Assembly (NCBI GenBank): GCA_951406725.2
Contig: OX597822.1
Span: 24,738,001-24,802,000, forward strand
Direction: 5' to 3'
DNA length: 64,000 nt
DNA from: Octopus vulgaris
Taxonomy: Eukaryota
Both the position numbers and the translations under genes were made by a program. The notes beneath the pieces are model-generated. The model had not been told where the DNA came from. It made no database searches and saw only the letters and a list, made by a program, of their open reading frames with translations. The first letter of the stretch is position 1, and every line of letters begins with the position of its first letter. Shown one piece after another: positions 12,579 to 24,250 of this stretch.

Positions 12579-14229
12579 TGGAATCAATTAGCAATTGGCA
12601 TGCTTTTCCGAATTTCCTAAAGTCTAAGATAGAATTGCCAAATGTTAGATGACACCTAATTTAAATTCATAAATTATTCAGTTGGTTTTCATAGCAAGTA
12701 TAACTCTGAAATAATAATTACAGATATTTCAATATCCAACTAATGTACATAGATGTTGGGTAAAATCTGCTTTAATAATTTTTGTGGTTTGCAAGTTATA
12801 TTTAGAAGTAGATGTAGGGAAATTTAACTAAGTTATTCAACAGTAAACAATCATAAACAGAAAGGAACCCATTTTTTTAAAACTATAGATATATATTATA
12901 TCTCCACATGAAGATAGTTACATTATTCAGAAATATGCCTGTAATATAATCTGTATAATTTCCTTGTATTTTTAAATGCAAGCTCTGCAGGATATATATA
13001 TAGAGAGCGATGGATGTATATATGAGTTAAGATGTGGTTAATATCATAAGACAAAAGTATAATAGAAATTTTGGATGAAATTCAACAGCCAGAAGTGTCA
13101 CAAATTACACTACAAACATTTAACTTTTAGTTTAAAGTGAAACCTCTGACAAACCGTAAGTGAAGCTGTGTCTGTTGAGCCACGTTGAAAACCAACCAGG
13201 TAATTGAAAAATTACAATATTCAAACTTTACGATGAGACACACTTGGTAGACACACCAAAAAGAAAACTTATCACACATAGCTTGGTTATAGAAGCAACA
13301 AACCCAGCATTAAGAGCAGAGCCATATGGTATATAGGCTTAATGATCAGAGAAAACAGAAAATAGCAAGTGGAAAATAGTCTCCCTTACTGGAAGTTGAA
13401 ATGTTCAAAACTATTTATTCATAGTTATGAAGTGTGATTCAAATTCATGTGCATATATATATGCATATATATATATACACACATATACACATACATATAT
13501 ATAATACACATGATGGTAAGACATCTGGAATTTGTTTACATTCCTGCAATGGATCTGTATTAAAATGAAAGGATAGATGGATTGAAGTTCAATTCAATAA
13601 GAAGTGTTGGTAAAGAATTTTGGCAAAGAATAACTGTAAAGTTAAGTTTCTGAAACTTTTGAGATGGACCCTGTCATTTGCCACTATTCTTTGAATGAAG
13701 TACAAAGGAACAAGAGATATACTTTTCATTGAAAGAAAGAATTATTCAATCAAATTCTGATAATATACAGGTTTCTTTTCATTTTTCTCTGCTGGTAGAT
13801 GTGGTAGTTTTTATTCCTACCTTCAATGAAGTGTGTCAGTCAGATTCTCAGACTCAACAAATTATTGTTTTTTTTATTGATAAAAACACATCATATGCAA
13901 TGATGTGTTGAAAAAATTATTAATGCAAGGTGTGTGAACCAATGATATATTTTGACTGAAGAAACTAAGGATAACTATACAAAAAAATATATATGTGGCA
14001 TCCAAACTTTCTAATGAAGATGATAGGAAAGAGAGAAGGAAAGAAGATGATGAAGAAACGAGCGAAGATAGTGTAAAGAGGAATGACAGATTAGAAGGAT
14101 GGAATACTTTTTGGAAATAGTTGAAACTGATGAAAAATAAGACGAATGAATATATGTATAAAGATATACATATATATATATGAAGATACATGTGTGTATG
14201 ACCACCATCTAGGGTGGTCAGTGCCTTAC

Positions 14230-14238
14230 CACGACTTC
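14230..14238 (-). CDS. Candidate 9-nt microexon (EVV) in the FH2 linker
   Basis: aactaacag|GAAGTCGTG|gtaagg; phase 0-0 matches the host intron; long AG-free zone, UGC and GCAUG motifs upstream. Confidence 0.65.
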
Positions 14239-15379
14239 CTGTTAGTTGGCAGCGAACATGCAATCATGCGTGACATCCAGCAACAATGTGCATGAAAAGA
14301 GAAAATAAGCGAGTGTGATTAATAACAATGTTCGACCAGACAAGTGCTATAAGCCTTTCCTGAAAGAGAAGTGTGAAAAATCAAGTCAATGGACGACAGC
14401 GCTGCGCTGTGGCTTTTGCATTGCAGTTGCAGGGTAGCTTGCTTGTTTGGGTAAGTGCAGTATAGGGGAGGAGAAATATAAAATCAAACATCTATGATAA
14501 TTTTTACAAGTACGTAACATTCTTAATTGTGGGTAAAAACATAGTAAAACATAGTTATTCTGGTAACAAGATATTATTGATAATTTACTTGAAAGAAAAA
14601 GACATTTAATACTTTATATCAGTATTGGGGTAAAAATAACAGGGAATTCATAAATGTTATTCAAACAATGAATCAGTGACTGGGTTGGTGGAAACATGTA
14701 ACCAATAATGCTATTGTTTACAAATTGCAATATAAAATTAATTGATTAATAAATTAGATATACTGTAAAACAAATTATAACTCAAATTTGATGTTCAGTT
14801 TTCAAATCCAACATTTCAAACATATAATATTAATTTTCTAACTTAAAATTAAAATTTTGCCATACCCTCTAGATCTTATAAACTTATACCACATTTGGTT
14901 TTATAAAGAGATTGTCTATGAAAAATGGTCATTTTTTTTTTACATTAGACTTAACACCAGTATTTCACAAAAATCCTAGCTTATAAATACCACTTCAATA
15001 AGGTGGCTGGATTTGATCTCAGAATACAAAGAGCCAGATCTGCTATCACAAGCATCCCGTCTGATGTCTTAACAATTCTGTCAACTTACTGCCTTGGACT
15101 ACATCATTATCTACTAAACCCATTGCAGGATAAAAGGCAAATTTGGCACCAGAGGGAATTGAACTCAATGTACTGAGAGCTGGATACAAGTATTACAAGA
15201 CATTTTATCTGCTGCCTTAACAACTCCACCAACTTGTTGCCATAAACACAGGTGGACATATTGATGTCCTGACATAAGCATAAATGAGTACACACAATTT
15301 TCAAGGGCTGCGAATAATTGATTAAACATATCTCCATGCTAAGAATATCATTATGTGGCCATATTCAAAGTGGGATAAT

Positions 15380-15630
15380 TTGAGAAGAGAGCAAAGTGAG
15401 TGATGTGATCACAGAATACTGAAAGCACAAATTCTGCTGCAGCGAACATGTCACGAGGTTCACAGACAACCAGCAGAGCCATGCAGTTGCCAAGGGGTAT
15501 TTAAGAGACTGGAAAGGCCATTTGGAAGACCTCCACGATGATGGGAGGATGATGTAGTTAAGTGATTTGAGACAAGATAGAAAAGAAGGCACAATCAAGA
15601 AAGGACTGAAAGTACATTGTGACAAGTGAT
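15380..15630 (+). mobile_element. Degraded RTE-clade LINE ORF C-terminal fragment
   Basis: HVTRFTDN...DWKGHLEDL resembles RTE GHVAR..D.R...R..GRP. Confidence 0.45.
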
Positions 15631-15678
15631 GCATAACATCTGAGTTTGGTTCATACATTGATGTGTATATATATATAC

Positions 15679-15713
<35 letters not shown>

Positions 15714-17182
15714 TATGTACAAAAAGGAAGTGGGGTTTATAATGTTAACCCCAGTATTTGACTGGTACTTAATCTTGACCGTAGTAAGATTTGAACTTAG
15801 AACCTAAAGAGCTATAAGTAAGGAGTGGTGGGAACTTTTTCTGATGTCCTAATGATTTTGCCAGATAAGGTTCTACATTTTAAGTCATAATAACACATCT
15901 GGTATAATAAAACATTTAGTCACATATAAGAGAAAAAAAAATTTAACATTATAATCGATATCTCCCACATTGTTTACTCTTGGGATAAATGGAAAGCTCT
16001 TGACTGTAATAAAATAAAATAAATATATCTAGTTGTTAGACTCTAAGATAGCAGAAAGGAAGATATATATTCTATGTAAGAGAATAAAAGTGACACCAGT
16101 TAACAAGGATAACACTGCTGAAAAAAAATCAGAATAAAGTATAGAGAAATGTTTTAAATGCGGAACACTTTAAATAAAATGTATTGTTAAAAACAAAAAT
16201 ATTTTTATAGTAAAGTGAATCAATTTGATTCATTATAATTCTGAAATTAAAAAGTATTTCAGGAAAGCATAAAATCAATAAATAGAATGTGGGTACCTGA
16301 AAAAGAAAAGGAGTATTTCTATCATTTTTATATGGTTCTGTAAAGTCAACCAACAACAGATAGTAATAGTTTGTGATATAAAAATGCAACAGACACATTT
16401 TCCTCAGTAGGAAGTATATGGGTGCTAAGAATTAATGCGTGTAGGAAATGCTAGTTCATCATTTAACCTGTGCAGTTTTTTTTTCTTCCTAATTGAGCCT
16501 AGTGTAGAATACAGCTAAATAGAATATCCATACAAATCATCAGACTACACATCAAGTGTGTGATATGTTATTTTTAGTCCTGTTGGAGAAAATTCTGTCT
16601 CAGAGCTTTGTGATCTACCTAATTAGAAAACAAATTGCTTTTCTTAGGCTGTTATATTATTCTCAAAATAAAATCACTTCTCAGATTGTGTGTGTGTGTG
16701 TGTGTGTGTAAGAAAGAAAAGTTCTGGTATAGAATTTATGTCAAGAAGTATAAAATTTCAGACTAAGATGTATTTTTTCTACCTGGAAAAATTTACAATT
16801 TAGTAGCACTTGCAGCATTAAGTTTTGCACCTGAGGAATTATAATGATTAAGTGGATAAGTTATCGTTTCATTTATCAAGTAAAATAATAGGTTAAAAAA
16901 AAAAAAAAAGAATGAGGAAATTTAGTTTGTGAGAGAACATAGAACTAAGTAGAAAGTAACATGTAATTTGCTAGTATATAGTGCAAAGATGAAGATTATT
17001 TCTCTTATTTCCATAGGACTTCATTTCTGATTTTTAAGGTGTGAAATGGGAATTTTAAGGAAATGGCAGTTAACACAAACTTCAAAAGGAAGTAACAATA
17101 GAAATGAAGGACTTCCAATTTGGAATCAAAATGAAACCATAGACTCAGCTATCTAAGAATTTCTAATTCTAACAAGGATAAC

Positions 17183-18110
17183 AATCCTTTCTACTATAGG
17201 CACAAGGGCTGAAATTTTGGGGAAGAGGACTAGTCTATTATATCAACCCCAGAGTTTTACTGGTACCTAATTTACTGAGCCTGAAAAGACAAAAGGCAAA
17301 GATGACCTTGGCGGAATTTGAACTCTATACAGCGACTGGCAAAATACCAGTAAGCATTTCTTTCAGAGCGCTAATGATTCTGCCAGCTCGCCGCTTTCTA
17401 CCAAGGATAATAATAATGATGGTTTCTAATTGTCAAACAAGGACAGCAGTTTTGATGAGAAAGAGTAAGTCAATTATACTGATCCCCAGTACTTGACTGG
17501 TACTTTGTTTTGTCAGCCTTGAAAGGATGAAAGGTAAAGCTGACCTCAGCATGATTTGAACTCAGAATATAAAGAGCTAGAAGAAATGGTGCTAAGTATT
17601 TTGTCCATTGTGCTAATTATTCTAAGAGCTTGCCACCCTAATGGCTTCAGATTTTAGCACAAGGCCATCAGTTTTGAGGGAAGGAAGCAAGTCAATTATG
17701 TTGACCCCATTAATTGACTGGTACTTTATTTTTTTAATACTGAAAGGATGAAAGGCAATGTTGACTTCAGTAGGTTTTGAACCTAGAATGTAGTAGAACT
17801 AGAAGAAATGTGCTGCTAAACATTTTGTCTGATGTGCTAATGATTCTGCCAGCTTACTGCATTTGCCTTAATAATAATAATAATAATAATAATGATTTCA
17901 AATTTTGGCACAAGGCCAGCAATTTCAGGGAAGGGTGTAAGACAATTACATCAACCTTAGTACTCAACTGGTACTTATTTTATTGACCCTGAAAGGATCA
18001 AAGGCAAAGTCAGTCTCGGTGGAATTTGAACTTAGAATATAAAGATGGACGAAATGCCACTAAGCATTCTGATCAGCACCCTAATGGTTCTGCCAGCTTG
18101 CTGCCTTAAA
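17183..18110 (-). mobile_element. Tandem array of about 4 tRNA-derived SINEs (Meta-domain-like)
   Basis: Repeated ~220-bp unit with B-box gagttcaaattcc, central gcctttcatcc...gataaattaagtaccag and (ATT)n tails. Confidence 0.85.
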
Positions 18111-19452
18111 TAATGATGATGATGATAATAAAAATATCTATATGTTATGCAAGTAAAATTTCTTAATTTCACAAAGAAATATTCAACATATATTTCCTCT
18201 TCTAAACACAATTAACTATTTTGTAGGTTTGATCAAATACCATTCTCTCTTGTTCATGTGTAAAATGCAATGATATTCAGTAAAAGCAAAACACACATAA
18301 CTAAAAGTCCTGGCAACTATATAAAACACTATGAAAATATCAAACTCTGTTCTGAAATTTTAAGGACAGCAGTAGTGGTATGCATAATAAAAACATAGCA
18401 AAGATTTTATGAAAGGTTAAATCAAAATTATTTCGTACTCATCTGAAATTAAGCAATGAAAAAGAATTGTTAATTACTACATATATTAATATATTTTAAG
18501 CTTATTCTGGCATTGTTTTTCAACTGAGAAATACTCTCTTATGACACAATTTGAAATGAAGTTGACATTTGTCATTTTTATTCTAAATTCTAGCCAGTGC
18601 ACAGACATGCATTTTAGGGTAGAGTAACAAACCTCTTCTGTCTAAAGCAGTAGACAGAAAATCTTGTTAAGTCCTGAATGAGAACAGCTAGTTGTACAAG
18701 GGATAGAAAAATAACAAAACTCAAGAGGAGACTATAAAATGGACAAGAGATAATAAAGATCATTGAACAGAATAGAAGAATGTACATCAATGACACTTGA
18801 TCTATTTTTGTAATGTTTATGGGTCAAAGCAATCAACAGAATGGTTAAAATCTCTAGCAGAGAACTTATGAGCAGCTTGCAGAATACAACAGCTTGTTGT
18901 TGTTGTTATGGTGTCTCGTCAGCTGTGCTTAAATAGATATATAACACAGAGATAGGTAGCTGAATGCTTTGAAAGAATTCACAAATCCCAGCCTCCATGA
19001 CATAAATATTAACATGAACTTCCTTCTTCTGATCAATGTTTTAGATGCAACCATTCCACCTTTATCATTATGACTCCTTAAATAAATCATGGTCCCTATT
19101 TTAAAGGGAATTTAGTCTTTGTTGAGGGAGCTATGGCTGTATACTGTATGCACTACTAATGATAGAATCTTTATGTAGTCGTTCAAACTACTAGAAATAG
19201 CAAAAAAATTACATCTATCTTAAAAAAAAGATCAAAAGAATCACCACTAACTGAAAATGAAAATAAAGAGAATGGTCATGGCTGGAATGCTGACTTACGA
19301 TTAAACAACAATAATACTGAAACTCTTTTAGCAGATTGCAAAGTTTTGGAAGAATTAAGAGACAATAGAGTTGGGGATGGTTATAATAATGAAGCTCTTT
19401 TACAAGAAAAGGTAAACCATTTCATTAATTAAAATAAATTTTCAATATTATA

Positions 19453-19843
19453 GGCACAGGCATGGCTGTGTGATTAAGAAGCTTGCTTTGCAACTACATG
19501 GTTCCAGGTTCAGTGCCACAAAGTGGCACCTTGGGCAAGTGTCCTCTACTACAGTCCCAAGCTGACCAATCTCTAGTGACTGAATCTGATAAATGGAAAC
19601 TATGTAGAAACCCATCATATACATATGTATGTGTGTGTTTCTATCTGCTTTTCATTACTGCTTGACAACAGGTGTTCATTTATTATTTATGTTCTTGTAA
19701 CATAGTGGTTTAGCAAAAGAGATTGATAGAATAAGTAGCAGATTTTAGAAAATAAGTACTAGGGTTGATTTGTTCAACTAAACACTTCAAGGCATTGCCC
19801 CAGCATGGCCACAGTCCAAATGACTGAATCATATAAAAGATAA
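19453..19843 (+). mobile_element. tRNA-derived CORE-type SINE
   Basis: A-box tggctgtgtg, B-box ggttcagtgcc, accttgggcaagtgtc core; homologous to 30870-31215, 43885-44226 and 60535-60925. Confidence 0.8.
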
Positions 19844-20196
19844 GATACTGAAATCTACCTTAAAAAGTAATTCCTATTTATTTTGAATGAAATTAAAATT
19901 TTGACTTCTTTAAATTTTCTATGACTGGCTTAAGTCATTGGACAACAGCCATGCTGGGTACCACTGTTAAGAGTTTCAGGGGATTACACTGACCCCAATA
20001 GTTAAGACATGAAATACAAAGAAGACATTGGCATAAAAGGAGCTAATCTGGTCAGACAAAAATACTAGTGTATTTTTGTTAGAACATAATGGGTTTTGTA
20101 ACTTCTGTATTGATAACAATGTCTCTCTCTTTCTCTCCCCCTCTTATACATAATTCGCACACATACATATGCAGGTACACATGTACATATATGTGT

Positions 20197-20507
20197 ACAT
20201 ATTGTTTGTTCCTTCTCGAGCCATGCCTGGGTCATAAGGGCCGGTTTCCCGGTTTCCTTGGCGTATAGGTTCCTCACCTGGATGGGACACTGGTCCATTG
20301 CAGGTGAGCTGTAAGATGCAGGAGGAAAGAGTGAGAGAAAGTTGTGTCGAAAGAGTCAGCAGAAGTTCACCATTACCTTCTGCCAGAGCTGTATGGGGCT
20401 TAGGGGTTTCGCTCATAAACACACACATCACCTGGTCTTAGATTCGGACCAGCTATCCCTTGACCGCGAGTCTGCTGCTCTAACCACTAGGCCATGTGCC
20501 TTCACAT
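20197..20507 (-). mobile_element. tRNA-derived SINE
   Basis: tRNA-like head (tggcctagtggttagagcagc on the minus strand); related to 23368-23666. Confidence 0.7.
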
Positions 20508-20604
20508 GTATACATATACATACATATAAATAGATATATATTCATATATACATGTACACATTCACACAAATTATGTATAAATGAACTTCAGCCACATTTC
20601 TCAC

Positions 20605-21026
20605 ACAGGCATTTGTCTTATGAAGAAAGGCTGAAGACGCTCGACCTTTATTCTCTAGAAAAACGATGCCGCCGTGGTGATCTCATTCTTGCTCACAACA
20701 TCATAAGCGGAAAGTGTAACCTCTCGAAAGAGCTGTTCTTCACTCCTGTTCCAGAGCGTTGGCTGCGGGGTCACTCCGAAAAGCTCTATCTGCGACAATT
20801 TCATCTCAATCGAAGGAGAGGGGCTTTCTCCGTCTGGGTTGCGGATCCGTGGAATAAGCTGCCGGACGAGATAGTGAAGATGCCAACAACCGCTCGGTTC
20901 AAAGTCTCCCTTGACCACAAGTGGCCTGAACTCTTTACATGAACACCACCCTGTACATAACTCCATGTCCCCCTACATGGCCTTGCTTTATGCTTTTTGA
21001 GCCAAAAAATTAACTAACTAACTAAC
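20605..21026 (+). mobile_element. 5'-truncated CR1-clade LINE (ORF2 C-terminus, 3' UTR, (TAAC)n tail)
   Basis: ORF 20496..20942 contains LSYEERLKTLDLYSLEKRCRRGDLI...LRGHSEKL...WNKLP...FKVSLD; tail at 21011-21026. Confidence 0.88.
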
Positions 21027-21377
21027 AATGGATGGGCCACTTTGAGGTTATGGTAGAAGACTCTTGCCTCAAAGTACTGCATTGTGGGATTGAACCAGGA
21101 ACCAAGCAGTTACAAATACTAAAGACAGCCATGCCTGCATACATAAATAAATCTTACAGAGACTACTTCACAGCAAACAAGCCTTTCCCTCTTCCTGCCT
21201 GTAGCCTGTACTGAATATTATAAAATAAATCATATATGAAAAGGGTATCTTCTGCCAGCTGGAAGAAAAATCAGAGCAAAATTAAGATTAATCAAAAGGT
21301 CAAATTATATAATTTCTCAACAGAAATTCGGACACTAGAAAAAATAGAAGGAAAATATTGTAAAATCCAATTTTCAC

Positions 21378-22342
21378 CTTTTGTTTCAGATCATTCGTTC
21401 TAGATTCAAATAAATGTTCTAACTTCTGGGTATCTATTTTGACTGGCGCTAATTTGTTCCAAATTGTCTCTCCTTTGGTAACAGGGTGTGGAGGTACATT
21501 GCCTTGCAATGGTCTCCAGTGAAGCTTCAAGGTCTTTTTGTTTTTCTTAATGGCCATAGAAGGTGGGGAAGGAGCTGGAGGTGCTGAGGGTGGCATTGGG
21601 ACGCCAGGTCTTCCAAAGGGTGGTGGTGGAGGTGGAGGTGGGGCTCCAGGTATAGGAGGTGGGGGTGGTGGCCCATGACCACCTGGAGGTGGGGGTGGCG
21701 GTGGGGGCCCGCCAGGTGGCGGTGGAGGTGGTGGGGGTAACCCTCCAGGTGGTGGTGGAGGCGGAGGCACAGCACTGCCACCAAAACCAGGTATGGGAGT
21801 GGAGAATATGTCAGTGTCATCGTCAGGATGTAGGTCAGTGAAGTCCATGTTTTTAATCTTCAAAGGACGACTGAGTCTCTTACTAATCTTCTCCCATTCT
21901 AGATCACCTTCAGATTTCTTAACTTCAGGTTTTGGAACCTCTTTCGGTGGTTCTGGTAGTTTCGCTATTGACTTTTGGCTCAAATCCTCCTTCATTTTAC
22001 TAATAAACCCGCTCACATCACCCTGGGGTGCTGTAACCTCAATAGATGGCTTCGCTTCACCTGTCTTCACTTGGAATCGATCCCGAATACTATTTATGGC
22101 TTTCTCCTGCTCTGGTTCAGGTTCTGCAGGCTTCTTGTGAACTGTAGCCCATTGTTTGTTTGGCATTTCAGGAACATCTTGTTTCTCTGGGCGCTCTTCA
22201 GCTTGGATATTGATAGAGTTTCTCCAAGTTTCTGGATCGACATCTTCCTCTGCATTTGGAGTAAAACCACCCATTTTCGACTCCCGCCATTTTTGTAAAG
22301 GTGACAAATTTTCTTTCTTGTCTTGCTCAATAAAAGCATTCA
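21378..22342 (-). CDS. FHOD: FHOD large exon (965 nt): linker, polyproline FH1 and FH2 lasso (KTLKLHW...IW...LEHLFESR)
   Basis: ORF 21300..22376; ttcag|TG...AAG|gtgaaa. Confidence 0.97.
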
Positions 22343-22495
22343 CTGAAAAATAAAAATGAAAAAATATAAATAACATAAAGCATATGGAAATTAGATAACA
22401 TTCACAAAATAATCAAACTTCAAATATCTTTTGCAAAACTATAAAATTCTTTTGTGAAAATTAAATTTATTCCCTCATATTCCCAGAAAATCTTC

Positions 22496-24250
22496 CAAAT
22501 TATAAATTCCATTGTGGTTTTTTACTGATTGAAACTTCACATTCTTACTAACTTCACAGATTTAGCAGTAAAATAGTTTATTGTATCTTAATTTTTAAGC
22601 ATACAACTTTCCCCTTAAGGAGAAGAAAAAATTTAGATAAAATATTTTATAGCCTCTAAGTGATGGTTTGTCATTGGTATAATTTTATGATAAATTGGTA
22701 CAATAATATAATCACATTTCCTTTATCACCAAAAATCAAAACTGTAGTTATTTAAATTGTAGGGAAACATCGGATAAACTTATTAAATAGTTTACATTGT
22801 GTAAATGTTTTAAAATTTAAATGCTAATTCCTATAGTTTTTATCTGATTTACAAAGTTATGTCCTTGGCTTATTTCCAGGCAAATTTTTAGTATCTCCCT
22901 TCAGCATTCCTTTTTGCTTGCTCAATATTCATTTTCAAACTTGAGTATTTTCTACAAGACTACTTTATAAGATATATGTAAAACTGGAGAGATGACTGTG
23001 TTTCATAAAAAAGGATAGAACGTATAAAGCTTCAGGAAGTTTCCTCCAAAGGGTAGAATATAAAAATTTGGTGTCAGTTTATTGAAATACATTGATCAAA
23101 AATTGCTGCTTGAAAAAACTAATGGAAGTAAAAGTTGATTCAATATATGGAAAAATAGGTTACAGGAAAAGGTTAAAGTATGTTTATTATAATAAAATTT
23201 TGTTTTATTAAAATATATAAGCAACATACCATCTCACACCTTGGATGCCTGCATGAAAATATGTGTGTCTGTCAGGTTTATATGTATAGTGTAAAAACAT
23301 CAGTTTTTCTACTGTAAACATAAACACGACAGACACATGCACATATATATAAACTAATATTTTAAAACGTGTGGAGGTGCAATGGCCCAGTGGTTAGGGC
23401 AGCGGTCGTAAGATCGCGGTTTCGATTCCCAGACCGGGCGTTGTGAGCGTTTATTGAGTGAAAACACCTAAAGCTCCACAAGGCTCCAGCAGGGAGTGGT
23501 GGTGATCCCTGCTGTACTCTTTCGCCGCAACTTTCTCTCACTCTTTCTTCTGTTGGCCTGCTTGCTTAGCCAGCAGGGTGGCGTCATTTGAAGGCTAAAA
23601 CAATGTGAAGCACGATGTGACCAGCGATGTGTAGCAACATCTGATAGCCTGGTCGGTCACGGTGATTTTAAAACACTTTAATAAAACATATCAATATAAC
23701 CATACAACCTGATTTTAATATTTGCTACAATTTGATAAATTGTTGGTTCAAGCAACTATTACTTCTATCAATTGCTTTTGTCAGTTACCTGTTTGAGTGA
23801 GCATGTCACATCAACCATTCACATTCCAATAATAAATACCTATACTTCCAATTTAAGCAACATAATGCTTGTCTGTCACACAAATTATAAATTATAAATG
23901 CCATTGTGGTTTTTTACTGATTGAAACTTCACATTCTTACTAACTTCACAGATTTAGCAGTCAAATAGTTTATTTTATCTTAATTTTTAAGCATACATCT
24001 TTCCCCTTAAGGAGAAGAAAAAATTTAGATAGAATATTTTATAGCATCTAAGTGATGGTTTGTCATTGGTATAATTATATGATAAATTGGTACAATAATA
24101 TAATCAAAATAATACTCATTTCCTTTATCACCAAAAATCAAAACTGTAGATATTTAAATTGTAGGGAAAAATTGAATAAACTTATTAAATAGTTTACATT
24201 GTGTAAATGTTTTAAAATTTATATGCTAATTCCTATAGTTTTTATCTGAT
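22496..24250. repeat. ~350-bp direct duplication (22496-22848 and 23885-24250)
   Basis: Near-identical sequence from attgtggttttttactgattgaaac to cctatagtttttatctgat in both copies. Confidence 0.92.
23368..23666 (+). mobile_element. Young tRNA-derived SINE
   Basis: A-box tggcccagtggttagg, B-box ggtttcgattccc; CpG-rich. Confidence 0.8.

Noticed and set aside
16291-16790. AG|GT motifs (near 16296 and 16782) as recursive splice sites
   Set aside because: Regenerated donors (gtaccc, gtagaa) are weak, and such motifs are expected by chance in AT-rich introns
21527-22353. Several overlapping or antisense ORFs across the large exon
   Set aside because: Shadow frames of the GC-rich FH1 exon with no independent evidence
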